From Thermoproteota archaeon (GTDB lineage: Archaea; Korarchaeota; Korarchaeia; Korarchaeales; Korarchaeaceae): a DNA stretch of 64,000 nucleotides. A program made the translations under genes and the position numbers. Under the pieces are notes generated by a model. That model saw only the letters and a list, made by a program, of their open reading frames with translations, searched no databases and was not told the DNA's origin. The stretch is from contig JAOZFN010000007.1 of the NCBI GenBank assembly GCA_027492205.1, positions 123,278-187,277 of the forward strand, in the 5' to 3' direction. Shown here piece by piece: positions 36,718 through 46,641 of this stretch (position 1 is its first letter; each line of letters starts with the position of its first letter).

Positions 36718-37794
36718 CTGCTCGCGGACAGGGTCGAATTCTTCAAGAGGCTAAGTGAGGCGTTTGGGCCTTCTGGCTTTGAGGTAGAAGTAGCGAGACT
36801 CGTTAGAGAAGAATACGGGCAGTACGCCGACCAAATCCTCTACGACGGCTTGGGCTCCATCATACTTAGGAAGGGGGGCGGCGTCGAGGACGGACCTCGC
36901 GTCCTCCTCGCGGGACACATGGACGAGGTCGGGTTCATCGTGAAGGGCATCACCGAGGGGGGCTACCTGGCCTTCCAGACCCTCGGAGGCTGGGTGACCA
37001 CGACCCTTCCCGCCCACAGGGTGGTGGTAAGGTCCAAGAAGGGCGATCACGTCGGTGTTCTCGTCTCGAAGCCCCCTCACCTCCTCCCACCAGAGGAGAG
37101 GAAGAAGGCGCCTGACGTGAAGGACCTCTACATCGACGTGGGGGCAACTAGCAGGGACGAGGTCAAGGAGATGGGCATCAGGATCGGCGATCCGGTCGCC
37201 CCGCTCGCCGACTTCAGGACCCTCAGGGGAGGGGAGGTCTGGCTCGGGAAGGCGTTCGACGACAGGATCGGCGTGTTCATGGCGATGGAGGTCCTCAGGC
37301 AGCTTGGATCAGACCACCCCAACGTCGTCTACGCGGCCGGGACGGTACAGGAGGAGGTGGGCCTTCGGGGCGCTGAGACAACCGCCGACGTCGTGAACCC
37401 TGACGTGGCCATCGTCTGTGAGGTGGACATAGCCGGAGACGTCCCGGGGGTGACGGAGCGTGAGGCGCCGGCCAAGATGGGGAAGGGGGCCTCGATAATA
37501 ACCTGGGACAGGACCATGATACCCAATCAGGCCCTCAAGGAGCTGGCCATCTCGGTGGCGGAGGAGCTGGGCATACCCTACCAGCTGTCGGCGGTCTCCG
37601 GAGGGACGGACGGGCACAGGATCCACCTGCACTACCGAGGGGTTCCCACAATCGTGATATCCGTCCCGACGAGGCACATTCACTCCCACAGCTCCATGCT
37701 CATGCCCAAGGACGTCGACGCGGCCATAAGGCTGATCTCGGAGGTCGTCAAGAGGTTGGACCGGGAGACGGTCGAGTCGCTGACCCGCATCTGA
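36718..37794 (+). CDS. M42 family aminopeptidase (TET-like)
   Basis: AFGPSGFE, GHMDEVG, GKAFDDRIG, VQEEVGLRGA, GGTD, RHIHS. Family similarity extends upstream to a CTG at 36718. Confidence 0.92.
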   Translation: MLADRVEFFKRLSEAFGPSGFEVEVARLVREEYGQYADQILYDGLGSIILRKGGGVEDGPRVLLAGHMDEVGFIVKGITEGGYLAFQTLGGWVTTTLPAHRVVVRSKKGDHVGVLVSKPPHLLPPEERKKAPDVKDLYIDVGATSRDEVKEMGIRIGDPVAPLADFRTLRGGEVWLGKAFDDRIGVFMAMEVLRQLGSDHPNVVYAAGTVQEEVGLRGAETTADVVNPDVAIVCEVDIAGDVPGVTEREAPAKMGKGASIITWDRTMIPNQALKELAISVAEELGIPYQLSAVSGGTDGHRIHLHYRGVPTIVISVPTRHIHSHSSMLMPKDVDAAIRLISEVVKRLDRETVESLTRI

Positions 37795-37868
37795 CCCAGG
37801 GTCCGCCACCGGGTCCCGCCCCCATTTTATTATCCCCGCCGAGTTCCAACCCCCGAGGGCTCTCCCCC

Positions 37869-39056
37869 GTGGTGAGGGCGATCAGGCAGAGGACGGTCAG
37901 GGACATCCTGCTCGAGATGAAGGATCGATCCGAACTCGCCGTGAGCCTGGCGTACGCGGCCCTGATGTACAACGACGACGAGATCGCGGATGAGGTGCTG
38001 GAGCTGGAGAACGAGCTGGACGACCTCAGGTACGAACTCTCCGTCAGGACGATAGTGGCCGGCAGGTCGCTGGAGGAGGCAGAAGAGCTCGCCGCCATAC
38101 TCGAGGTCGGGGCTGCGGCAGACGAGATCAGCGACGCAGTGGCCGACCTCGCCAAGATCATTCTGAGGGGTTACCCGCTCCACGAGTCAATCTCGGCCGC
38201 GTTCATGGAGTCGGAGGAGATCATCGGCCTGGTGAGGCTCGGCGAGGGCGCCCCGCTGGCGGGCATGAGGGTGTCCGAGCTGTACGAGCCGGAGAAGCTG
38301 GCGGGGTGCGACATCCTCGCCGTGAAGCGGGCTGGCAGGTGGCTGTTCGACTACCCAGACGACCTGGTCCTGCAGGAGGGTGACATGCTCCTCTTGGAGG
38401 GGACCAGAGAGGGGGTGGAGGCCGTGAGATCCCTCCTAGGCCTGCCGATCAGGTCCCGCCCCGAGAGGGTTGAGGTCAGCCAGGGGTCCAGGGAGCTGGC
38501 CCACTCTCTCCAGGTGCTCAGGGCTCACTCCGAGCTGATGGTGTACCTGGCCTACGCGTCCATGCTCATGAACAGCCAGGCCATAGCCCTCGAGGTCTCG
38601 AGGCTGGAGGACGAGATCGATGAGCTCCACGAGGAGTTCGAGGTGAAGGTCCTAAAGGGACTGGCGGGGAAGGCAGACCCCCGGGCCGTGGTCGGGCTCC
38701 TTAGGGCCGGTTCTGCGGCAGAGAGGATAGGAGACGCCGCGCATCGTATGGCCAGCGTCGTCGAGAGGGGAGTCGCTATTCACGAGGTCCTCGCCGCAGT
38801 GGTGGAGGAGAGCGAGGAGTCCATCGCCTGGGTGCGCGTGGGAGAGGACTCCCCTGCAGACGGGAGGGAAATTGGCGAGCTGGAGTTGGAGGAGTCCACC
38901 GGAATGGAGATCCTCGCCGTGAGACGCGGGCTGAGGTGGGTCTTCGAGCCAAAGGACTCGTTTAGAATCAGAAGCGGGGACATCGTGATACTGCTCGGCC
39001 CTCCCGACGGTCTGGAGGCCGCCCTCAAGGTGCTGGGGGCTGAGGAGATTGAGTGA
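37869..39056 (+). CDS. Tandem PhoU-like/TrkA-C protein (COG3273-like, internally duplicated)
   Basis: Two repeats of SEL.V.LAYA..M.....IA.EV..LE, each followed by TrkA-C ILAV.R..RW.F. Confidence 0.85.
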   Translation: MVRAIRQRTVRDILLEMKDRSELAVSLAYAALMYNDDEIADEVLELENELDDLRYELSVRTIVAGRSLEEAEELAAILEVGAAADEISDAVADLAKIILRGYPLHESISAAFMESEEIIGLVRLGEGAPLAGMRVSELYEPEKLAGCDILAVKRAGRWLFDYPDDLVLQEGDMLLLEGTREGVEAVRSLLGLPIRSRPERVEVSQGSRELAHSLQVLRAHSELMVYLAYASMLMNSQAIALEVSRLEDEIDELHEEFEVKVLKGLAGKADPRAVVGLLRAGSAAERIGDAAHRMASVVERGVAIHEVLAAVVEESEESIAWVRVGEDSPADGREIGELELEESTGMEILAVRRGLRWVFEPKDSFRIRSGDIVILLGPPDGLEAALKVLGAEEIE

Positions 39057-40515
39057 AAGTGAAAGGGACGAGCTGAGACTCACAGCGCCCCTGAGTTGGC
39101 TGGACGGCGTGGACCCGGGGACGGGGGTGATAACCCAGCCCGGGCACCCTCAGGCCGGCCTAAGCGTCGCGGGGAAGCGCGTCGTCATGCCCCACTCGGT
39201 CGGATCCACCGTGGGGGCGTACGGCCTGTTTAAGCTTGCCAGGCACGGGGTCGCCCCGCGCGAGATAGTTCTGGAACACCCTGACAGCGTCACCATAAGC
39301 GCGGAGCTCGCCGGCATCCCCGTCAGGGTGTTGGGGGCCGTTGAGGCCCCGCGCCCAGAGGCCCCGGAGGGCGTCCCCGAGGAGTTTGTCAGGTTCCTCC
39401 AGAAGGAGGCCTCCCTCGCCGGAGCTCACTCCTACATCCCGGTGAGGTCCGTCCACCTCTCCGGGATATCCTATGCCACGATAGGAGACGCGGGGCTCGA
39501 GTTCCTAGAGGGCCTCGTAGAGAGGGGGGTCCGCTTCCGCACGCTCGTCACCACGAACCCGGCGGGGATGGACGTATCTCGCTGGCGAGAGATGGGGGTG
39601 CCGGAGAGTTTCGCCGAGAAGCAGATCCGGATCGTGAAGTCGCTGATCGAGATGGGGGCGGCGCCCACGCTGACCTGCACCCCCTACCTGGCGGGAAACC
39701 TCCCCAGGTCCGGCGAGCACGTTTGCTGGGCGGAGTCCAGCGCCGTCGCGTTCGCGAACAGCGTCTTAGGCGCCAGAACAAACAGGGAGGGCTCGGTCAA
39801 GGCCATCGCAGCCGCTATCCTCGGGCTGACGCCAGCCTACGGGATGCATCTGGATGAGAACCGGGCCCCCGGCGTGATCGTGGAGACCGACGGATCCCTC
39901 TCCGGGACGACGGACTTCTCCGCGGCGGGCTACTTCGTGGGGGAGAGAGTCCCTAGGGGGGTCCCCCTCTATCGCGGCATTAGAGAGGCGTCCGTCGACG
40001 AACTCAAGGCAATGGGGGCGGGGGGAGCGGCTTCCGGGAGCATAGAGCTCTTCCACGTTGAGGGAATAACCCCCAACCCGGTCGGTTCCCCTCAAGAGGG
40101 GGCGAAGGTCCTGAGACTTGGGAGGAGAGACGTTGACGAGACGATCGAGCGACTGAGCACGACCGGCTCAACTCCAGACCTCGTCGCGCTCGGCTGCCCG
40201 CACCTCTCCCTGAGCGAACTAAGGGAGATTCACGGGCTCCTGAGGGGGAGGAGGGTCAGCGTACCCTTCTGGCTGTTCACCGCCAGGGCGACGCTGAGCC
40301 AACTTTCAGAGGGCGTGCTCAGGGACATGGAGGGGAGCGGGGCAAGGGTCTACGCCGACACGTGCATGGTGGTGGCCCCGCTGAGAGCCATGGGTTATCG
40401 CGTAATCGCGACGAACTCTGCCAAGGCCGCCAAGTACCTCAGGACCCTCGGCGGGCTTGACGTGATCCTGCTCCCCACGCGCGAACTCGTCGAGAGGTTC
40501 TCCAGGCCAGCCTAG
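39049..40515 (+). CDS. Fused aconitase X (DUF126 swivel + DUF521), probable phosphomevalonate dehydratase
   Basis: GVDPGTG..HP and GSTVG (small subunit), then SGISY, TCTPY, WAESSA, GARTNRE, GCPH, DTCMVV, TNSAK. Confidence 0.85.
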   Translation: MSESERDELRLTAPLSWLDGVDPGTGVITQPGHPQAGLSVAGKRVVMPHSVGSTVGAYGLFKLARHGVAPREIVLEHPDSVTISAELAGIPVRVLGAVEAPRPEAPEGVPEEFVRFLQKEASLAGAHSYIPVRSVHLSGISYATIGDAGLEFLEGLVERGVRFRTLVTTNPAGMDVSRWREMGVPESFAEKQIRIVKSLIEMGAAPTLTCTPYLAGNLPRSGEHVCWAESSAVAFANSVLGARTNREGSVKAIAAAILGLTPAYGMHLDENRAPGVIVETDGSLSGTTDFSAAGYFVGERVPRGVPLYRGIREASVDELKAMGAGGAASGSIELFHVEGITPNPVGSPQEGAKVLRLGRRDVDETIERLSTTGSTPDLVALGCPHLSLSELREIHGLLRGRRVSVPFWLFTARATLSQLSEGVLRDMEGSGARVYADTCMVVAPLRAMGYRVIATNSAKAAKYLRTLGGLDVILLPTRELVERFSRPA

Positions 40516-40527
40516 CGGTGCCCCCCC

Positions 40528-41136
40528 ATGATAGACCGCGAGAGGGCGGAGGCGGCGATAGTCGCGCTGCTGGTGGAGGATGTCGACCTGCTCGACCCGG
40601 AGGTCAGAGAGTACTTGATCGAGTCGGGAGCCCTCGTTAACGGTAAGATCAGGCCGGTCAGGGCCGCCGTCTCGCTCGTGCTGGCTGGGGTCCCGCCGGA
40701 GAAGGCAGCGGCCCTCGTGGACTGGAGGGGGTTCGAGTCACTCGTACAAGAGTACCTAGAGGAGTTCGGCTATAGGATCGTCGCCAAGAGGTTCAGGTTC
40801 GCCCACTTGGGGAGAAGGTGGGAGATCGACCTCTTGGGCGTGGGGCCGCTGGCTGCGCTGGCGGTGGAGTGCAAGCTGTGGACAAACAGGAGGGCAATTC
40901 GATCCAGGATCGCCGCCGAGGTCAGGACGCACCTTGAGAGAGTAAAGGCGTTCGTGGAGTCGAATTCGGCGGTGAAGCTTGGTATGAGGGGCAGGGTGAT
41001 CCCGCTGGTGGTCGGGTGGTTTCCAGAAACGGGGGAGTTGGTGGATAGGGTACCCTACGTCCCACTCTTCAAGCTCAACTCATTCTTGATGGAACTCGAT
41101 CCCCTCGACGGCGACCTCGCCGGATTCGATCTCTGA
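40528..41136 (+). CDS. PD-(D/E)XK nuclease (Mrr/NERD-like)
   Basis: WRGFESLV..L..FGY, EIDLL, AVECKLW. Confidence 0.75.
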   Translation: MIDRERAEAAIVALLVEDVDLLDPEVREYLIESGALVNGKIRPVRAAVSLVLAGVPPEKAAALVDWRGFESLVQEYLEEFGYRIVAKRFRFAHLGRRWEIDLLGVGPLAALAVECKLWTNRRAIRSRIAAEVRTHLERVKAFVESNSAVKLGMRGRVIPLVVGWFPETGELVDRVPYVPLFKLNSFLMELDPLDGDLAGFDL

Positions 41137-41577
41137 CGCGCCTTCGTTCCTCAATACCGGCGGAGAAGGTGTTATTATCTCCCTCCTCCACCGCCCTCCT
41201 CTGAAGAAGAGGGCGGCCTCCCTAGATGAGACCAGGTATATCGCCAGCAGGGCGAAGACGCCAGCCGCGGGCACGGTCCAGGCCCAGACCCTCCTGACCA
41301 GGAGCAGGTACGCCGACAGGGAGAGCATCGCGACAGCTCCGGAGGGCCGCCCCCACCCGGATCCGGAGAGTACCCCGTAGGCCACTATGGCCGTTATCAG
41401 GGAGGTTGAGATCAGCAGGGCGCCTCCCTTCACGGAGACGGCCGGGGACCCGGGGATCACCTCCCTGGCCATGACCTCGAGGCCGAGCGCCAGGTCCACC
41501 CCCAGGAAGAGCATCAACCCGGAGGCGGCCAAGAGGGCTATCCCCGCCAGGGCGACCCCCTTGGGGATTCCAGCCAT
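41080..41577 (-). CDS. Small four-helix membrane protein
   Basis: Four hydrophobic segments, YGVLSGSGWGR motif, starts 9 nt after the prs stop. Confidence 0.7.
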   Translation of the reverse strand: MAGIPKGVALAGIALLAASGLMLFLGVDLALGLEVMAREVIPGSPAVSVKGGALLISTSLITAIVAYGVLSGSGWGRPSGAVAMLSLSAYLLLVRRVWAWTVPAAGVFALLAIYLVSSREAALFFRGGRWRREIITPSPPVLRNEGASEIESGEVAVEGIEFHQE

Positions 41578-41586
41578 TGGAACACC

Positions 41587-42498
41587 TCACGCGACTCGCC
41601 TTATCTCGGCGGCGAGCTCTGGGATCACCGAGGCCTTGGAACCGGCCCACTCCAGGGTGTCGGTGGCGACGATCACGTCCCCGCCAGCACCCAGTATCCT
41701 GTCCAGCGCACCCTGTGCAAGGACCGGGTGGACAAACGCCGAGAAGACCCTCCTGGCCCCCATCCTCCTGGCGGCGGCTATCGCGGCCGCCATGGTCCCG
41801 CCGGTGGACACGATGTCGTCGACCACGACCACATCCCTCCCGGTGAGGTCAAACTCCTTGACGGTCATCCTGATCTCCCCGGTGTCTCTGTCCCTCTCCT
41901 TCACGAAAGACGTGTAGTCACTTGCCTGAACGTGGTTGGCGAACTCCTCGGCCCAGATTATGGCCTCCTCGTCGGGGCCGACTATGAGGGGATCGCTCAA
42001 GTCGAACCTGCCGACCTCTCTGGCGAGCGCCGGGATCCCGCTCACGTTGACGCCGGGTATCTCGTCGAAAAGGTCCCCAAATCTCTTGAGCCTGTGGAGG
42101 TGAACGGTGACGCTCAGGACGGCGTCAGCCCCTGCGTGGTAGAGGAGGTCTGCAACGTACTTCGAGCTCAGAGGTTCGCCGGGCCTGAAGATCTCGTCCT
42201 GCCTGGCGTACGGGAAGTAGGGGATCGCCGCGATCAGGCGGCCCACCTTGAACTCTCTCTTCAGGTTCCTGAGGGTCAGCAGGACCTCCACCAGGTAATC
42301 GTTGGGCCTGCAGGCGGCCGCCTTCATTCGGAGGGCCAGGACCACCGTCTCCCCCCTGAGGACCTGCTCGGACCCCGCGAGGATTCTGGGCTGAAGCTCT
42401 CCATCTGGAAAGGTCCTTCTGGCGAGGAACACCGTATCAGCGGTCAGTTCAGATGCAAGAGACTTGGTGAACTCGTCTTCCGGTCCGACCACCAGCAT
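41587..42498 (-). CDS. prs: Ribose-phosphate pyrophosphokinase
   Basis: FPDGE, PYFPYARQD, GPD, VDDIVSTGGTM, VHPVL, ATDT. Confidence 0.93.
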   Translation of the reverse strand: MLVVGPEDEFTKSLASELTADTVFLARRTFPDGELQPRILAGSEQVLRGETVVLALRMKAAACRPNDYLVEVLLTLRNLKREFKVGRLIAAIPYFPYARQDEIFRPGEPLSSKYVADLLYHAGADAVLSVTVHLHRLKRFGDLFDEIPGVNVSGIPALAREVGRFDLSDPLIVGPDEEAIIWAEEFANHVQASDYTSFVKERDRDTGEIRMTVKEFDLTGRDVVVVDDIVSTGGTMAAAIAAARRMGARRVFSAFVHPVLAQGALDRILGAGGDVIVATDTLEWAGSKASVIPELAAEIRRVA

Positions 42499-42578
42499 GA
42501 TGGATCTCGAAGTCTCGCATCCTCAGGGATTAATGGTTTCCCGAGCAAGACTACCCACATGAAGGGGTGACCTTTCCG

Positions 42579-43415
42579 TTGAGGGGCGAGTTTGAGAGCG
42601 CCGAGGAGCCGCGGACCAGCGAGGGTGAGATGTACCACGTCGCACTCGGACCTGGGGACGTCAGGAGGTACGCGCTCCTCCCGGGAGACGTAGAAAGGGC
42701 GGAGAAGATAGCCGCAGAGTGGGAAGAGCGTAGGCTCGTGGCGAAGCACAGGGAGTACGTCACTTACGTGGGCAGATACAGGGGCGTGGACCTGATGGTC
42801 ACGTCCACGGGCATCGGGGGGCCGGCCGCAGCGATCGCGGTCGACGAACTCTCCAGGCTCGGCGTGGACACCTTCATCAGGGTTGGGAGCACGGGGACCA
42901 TCAGGCCGGAGGTCGAGCTGGGAGATCTCGTGATCCCCCTAGGGGCAGTAAGGCTGGACGGCGCCAGCGCGCAGTACGTCAGGCCCGAATACCCCGCGGT
43001 GGCTCACTACGAGGTTGTGATGGCCCTCGTGGAGGCCGCCGAGTCGCTCGGCTACAGGTATCACCTGGGCCTCACGGCGTCGACGGACAGCTTCTACACC
43101 GGACAGGGGAGGCGAGGGTGCTGTGGATACTGGCAGAGCTGGATGGATAGCATTATTCCCGATCTGCAGGCCGCTGGCGTCGTCAACATCGAGATGGAGG
43201 CCGCCACGATCTTCACGCTGGCCTCGCTGTTCGGGAAGAGGGCCGGAGCCATCTGCGCGGTCTACGCGCAGAGGTTGAGAGATGAGTTTGCCATAGCGGG
43301 GGAGAGAGAGGCCATAAAGACGGCAAACGAGGCCGTCAAGATTCTCGCCGAGTGGGATGAGGTGAAGAGGTCTGCCAACAAGAAGCACTTCTACCCGGGG
43401 CTGCTCCGGAGGTGA
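42579..43415 (+). CDS. udp: Uridine phosphorylase
   Basis: LLPGD, HREY, STGIGGP, IRVGSTG, RLDGAS, TDSFYTGQ, NIEME. TTG start after SD GGGGTGA. Confidence 0.9.
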   Translation: MRGEFESAEEPRTSEGEMYHVALGPGDVRRYALLPGDVERAEKIAAEWEERRLVAKHREYVTYVGRYRGVDLMVTSTGIGGPAAAIAVDELSRLGVDTFIRVGSTGTIRPEVELGDLVIPLGAVRLDGASAQYVRPEYPAVAHYEVVMALVEAAESLGYRYHLGLTASTDSFYTGQGRRGCCGYWQSWMDSIIPDLQAAGVVNIEMEAATIFTLASLFGKRAGAICAVYAQRLRDEFAIAGEREAIKTANEAVKILAEWDEVKRSANKKHFYPGLLRR

Positions 43416-43419
43416 GGGT

Positions 43420-44331
43420 TTGACCAGAATAGTCGCCGTGGGAAACGCAAACGTGGACATCGCCGTCTTCCTCTCAGAGATACCCGGACCGGACGAGGAT
43501 GTGGACGCGGATTCCGTGGCGCTGGGAGTCGGGGGAAGCGCGTCCAACTTCGCCTCTACGTGCGCCATGCTGGGGGAGGAGACCTCGATCGTCGCCGTGG
43601 TCGGCGGCGATCCCCTCGGCTCCTTCTACCTGGAGGAGATGGCCAAGAGGGGCGTGAACACCAGACTCATCGAATTGAGGGCCGACTCGCAGACCGGGTT
43701 CGTTGTCATTCTCAACTTGGCTGGATCTCAGAGGAGGATGATCCGATACCGCGGCGCAAACCTCCTGCTCGCTGACGATGTTCTCACTAGGCGCGGCGAG
43801 GCTCTGAGGTCGGCCGAGGTCGTACACACGTCCAGCGTGAGGCCGGCTGTGGTGCGGGCCCTCATCGAGATGGGGCTCAGGCCCTCGTGGGACCCCGGCT
43901 GGACTGCCGTCAGCCGGTACAAGGAGGAAGTACTCGAGCTCATGGAGACGGGTCAGATCCTCCGCGCGTTCTTCAACGAGAAGGAACTAAGGGAGTTGAC
44001 TCGGTTAGATGACCTGAGGGAGGGTGCGGCTTCTATTCACGAGAGGGGGGTGGAAGAGGTGGTGGTTAAGAGGGGGAAGGCCGGCAGCTCGGCCCTAACC
44101 TTAGGAACCTGGTACGAGGCCCCCGCCCTGCGGGTGAAGGCCGTAGACACCACGGGCGCCGGGGACGTGTTCGACGGGGCTTACACGGTCGCCAGGCTGA
44201 GGGGGCTGAATCCTGGAGAGGCCCTGAGGGCGGCAAACTTCGCCGCCGGAAAGACTGTGGAGGTTCAGGGGGCTGTAAACGGCCTACCTTCGTGGAGCGA
44301 GATCCGGTCGTTCCTCAGCGAAACGAAATAG
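43420..44331 (+). CDS. PfkB/ribokinase family kinase
   Basis: GNANVD, GGSASN, NEKE, VKRG, VDTTGAGDVFDG. Confidence 0.92.
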   Translation: MTRIVAVGNANVDIAVFLSEIPGPDEDVDADSVALGVGGSASNFASTCAMLGEETSIVAVVGGDPLGSFYLEEMAKRGVNTRLIELRADSQTGFVVILNLAGSQRRMIRYRGANLLLADDVLTRRGEALRSAEVVHTSSVRPAVVRALIEMGLRPSWDPGWTAVSRYKEEVLELMETGQILRAFFNEKELRELTRLDDLREGAASIHERGVEEVVVKRGKAGSSALTLGTWYEAPALRVKAVDTTGAGDVFDGAYTVARLRGLNPGEALRAANFAAGKTVEVQGAVNGLPSWSEIRSFLSETK

Positions 44332-44396
44332 GGTTGCTCCAGCTGGAGCAGGTCCATGTGTAAAAGGTTTAGAAAAATCCGTAGAGGTCTCGCGGG

Positions 44397-45590
44397 GTGT
44401 TCGGGTTGCCGGGTTTCGCCGATCGAATGTCCAAGTTGGGGGTCGAGGGTGCCTTCATAGTACTCGCCAGGGCCAAGGAACTCGAGAGGCAGGGAAAGAG
44501 GATCATCCACTGTGAGATAGGCCAGCCCGACTTTGACACGCCGGCCCACATCAAGGAGGCCGCCAAGAGGGCCCTCGACGAGGGGTTCACTGGGTACACG
44601 CCATCAGCTGGTATAATGGAACTCAGGGAGGCCATAGCCGAGTATGTCTCGAGGACGAGGGGCATAGAGGTTACCCCAGATCAAGTCGTCGTCACCGTGG
44701 GCGCCAAGATCGGGATATTCTCGGCGCTCATGGCGTTCGTGAACCCTGGTGAGGAGGTAATCATTCCGATGCCCGCATACCCGTCCTATGAGAGCGTCAC
44801 GGAGTTCGTGGGCGGGGTTGTGAAGCCTGTGGTGCTAAAGGAGGAGAGGGAGTTCTCGCCCAGCGGCGAGGAGATAGCTGAAGCCGTCACAGACAAGACC
44901 AAGGTCATCGTGATCAACACGCCATCCAACCCGACAGGCGGGGTCTACAAGAGGGAGGACCTGGAGGCCATCGTAGAGGTCGCCAAGGAGCACGATCTCT
45001 GGATAATCTCCGACGAGATCTACGAAGACATCATATTCGACGGAAAGAAGCACGAGAGCATCCTTTCGATACCCGGCGCAGAGGAGAGGGCCGTCATGCT
45101 CAGCGGGTTCTCTAAGACCTACGCAATGACCGGTTGGAGGCTCGGCTACGTGGTAGCCCCCAAGGAGGTCGCCGACAAGATCACCAAGATCCAGCTCAAC
45201 ACGGTCTCCTGCCCCGTCTCCTTCGTCCAGAAGGCCGGCATCGCCGCGCTCAAGGGGCCCAGAGATGAGGTCGAGGTGATGGTCCGGGAGTACGAGGAGA
45301 GGAGGGACCTCCTCTACAGGGAGATCAACAGGATACCTGGCTTCAGCATGATCAAGCCCGCCGCCACGTTCTACGCCTTTCCGAACGTCAAGAAGCTCGG
45401 TGTGAAGTCAAAGGAGCTCGCCACCATGCTCCTAGAGGGGGCCGGCGTGGCGCTGCTCCCCGGAACCGACTTCGGCGCTCCGGGGGAGGGCTACCTGAGG
45501 CTCTCATTCGCCACCTCGAAGGAGAACCTGATGGAGGCCATGGAGAGGATCAGAGCGTTCGTTGAGGAGAAGTTCCCAAACGTTTCCTGA
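44397..45590 (+). CDS. PLP-dependent aminotransferase class I (aspartate aminotransferase-like)
   Basis: IGQPDF, NTPSNPTG, SDEIY, SGFSKTYAMTGWRLG, YLRLSFA. Confidence 0.93.
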   Translation: MFGLPGFADRMSKLGVEGAFIVLARAKELERQGKRIIHCEIGQPDFDTPAHIKEAAKRALDEGFTGYTPSAGIMELREAIAEYVSRTRGIEVTPDQVVVTVGAKIGIFSALMAFVNPGEEVIIPMPAYPSYESVTEFVGGVVKPVVLKEEREFSPSGEEIAEAVTDKTKVIVINTPSNPTGGVYKREDLEAIVEVAKEHDLWIISDEIYEDIIFDGKKHESILSIPGAEERAVMLSGFSKTYAMTGWRLGYVVAPKEVADKITKIQLNTVSCPVSFVQKAGIAALKGPRDEVEVMVREYEERRDLLYREINRIPGFSMIKPAATFYAFPNVKKLGVKSKELATMLLEGAGVALLPGTDFGAPGEGYLRLSFATSKENLMEAMERIRAFVEEKFPNVS

Positions 45591-45689
45591 TCCCTCCCTC
45601 CCCCTCTTTATCCCGCGTGAATGCCGGCGGGGGGCTTCTCGGGTCGGGGCCCTACGTCTCTGAGGGAGTCGCCTGCCTCAGACTGATAC

Positions 45690-46199
45690 CTATATGCGCA
45701 GGATCTCGGCCGAGAGGTCCTCTGTGTCCAGGATGGCGATTGTTCTGTCCCCCGTAAGGCACCCGCAGGCCTCTCCCGGATTGAGCACGAGCGCAGAGCC
45801 GATCCGCGTGACTTCCGGCTCGTGAGTGTGACCATATAGGACGATCTCGTAGTCTCCTGAACCCGCCAACAGGCGGGCCACGGTCTTCGTCAGCCCAAGC
45901 GAACCGAAGCCGTGAAACAAGATTGCCCTCCTGTCTCCGAGCCACGTCTCAACGGGAGACGGGTGGAACGTCACATCCCCCTCGAGCGCGTCGAGGGCCA
46001 GCTTGAACTCGGCCTCGTTGTTTCCCCTCAGAAGCAGCGTGGGGATCCCACTGTTGATTATGGGTTTCAGCGAGAAGGGGGAGACCAGATCACCCAGGTG
46101 AACGACCTTGTCTACCGCCCTGGCCGCAAACATCTGGTAGGCGACCTCTATCGCCTCGAGGTCGTCGTGCGTGTCCGAGATGACTCCCACGAGCAACAT
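45690..46199 (-). CDS. YfcE/MJ0936-type metallophosphoesterase
   Basis: ISDTH, HLGD, RGNN, FHG, YGHTH, NPGE. Confidence 0.9.
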   Translation of the reverse strand: MLLVGVISDTHDDLEAIEVAYQMFAARAVDKVVHLGDLVSPFSLKPIINSGIPTLLLRGNNEAEFKLALDALEGDVTFHPSPVETWLGDRRAILFHGFGSLGLTKTVARLLAGSGDYEIVLYGHTHEPEVTRIGSALVLNPGEACGCLTGDRTIAILDTEDLSAEILRI

Positions 46200-46237
46200 T
46201 CAACCCCCCGACGGAGAGCTCTCGGGGAAGAGCCGCG

Positions 46238-46564
46238 CTACCTGGTGAGGCGGGAGAGCCCCTCGGCTATCTCCATCACGGCCGACTCCACTGACTTCTT
46301 AGAGGTCTCATGCGCTATTATGCCCCTCGACTCGATTATGTCCCTGCTCTCAGGGTCCATCTCACCTGAGATTATGGCTCCGCAGTCCTTGAGCACATCC
46401 AGCGCTGAGGTCGCCCCCTGCCCCCTCCTGGTGTTCACCCTGAGTTCAACCCTGGTGGGGCTCTTGCCCGTCAGGTCGTATATCGCAAAATACCGGGCCT
46501 GGTAAAAAGGCCCCTCCTTAACCTCAGACCCGTCATCGGTAGCTACTGCAACTCTGATGGGCAA
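46238..46564 (-). CDS. NifB/NifX-like (dinitrogenase FeMo-cofactor family) small protein
   Basis: RVAVATDDG, F..ARYFAIYD, LKDCGAIISG. Confidence 0.75.
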   Translation of the reverse strand: MPIRVAVATDDGSEVKEGPFYQARYFAIYDLTGKSPTRVELRVNTRRGQGATSALDVLKDCGAIISGEMDPESRDIIESRGIIAHETSKKSVESAVMEIAEGLSRLTR

Positions 46565-46641
46565 AACCCTGAACCTCCCTCGGGTGTATCTACTGGGACC
46601 GCGCGGGCGTGGTCACTCAAATAAATTGATGTGGTTCATGC

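Noticed and set aside
45611-45667. Possible further C/D sRNA (TCCC..CTGA-GGGA)
   Set aside because: A D box and short stem are present, but there is no convincing C box or recognisable target.
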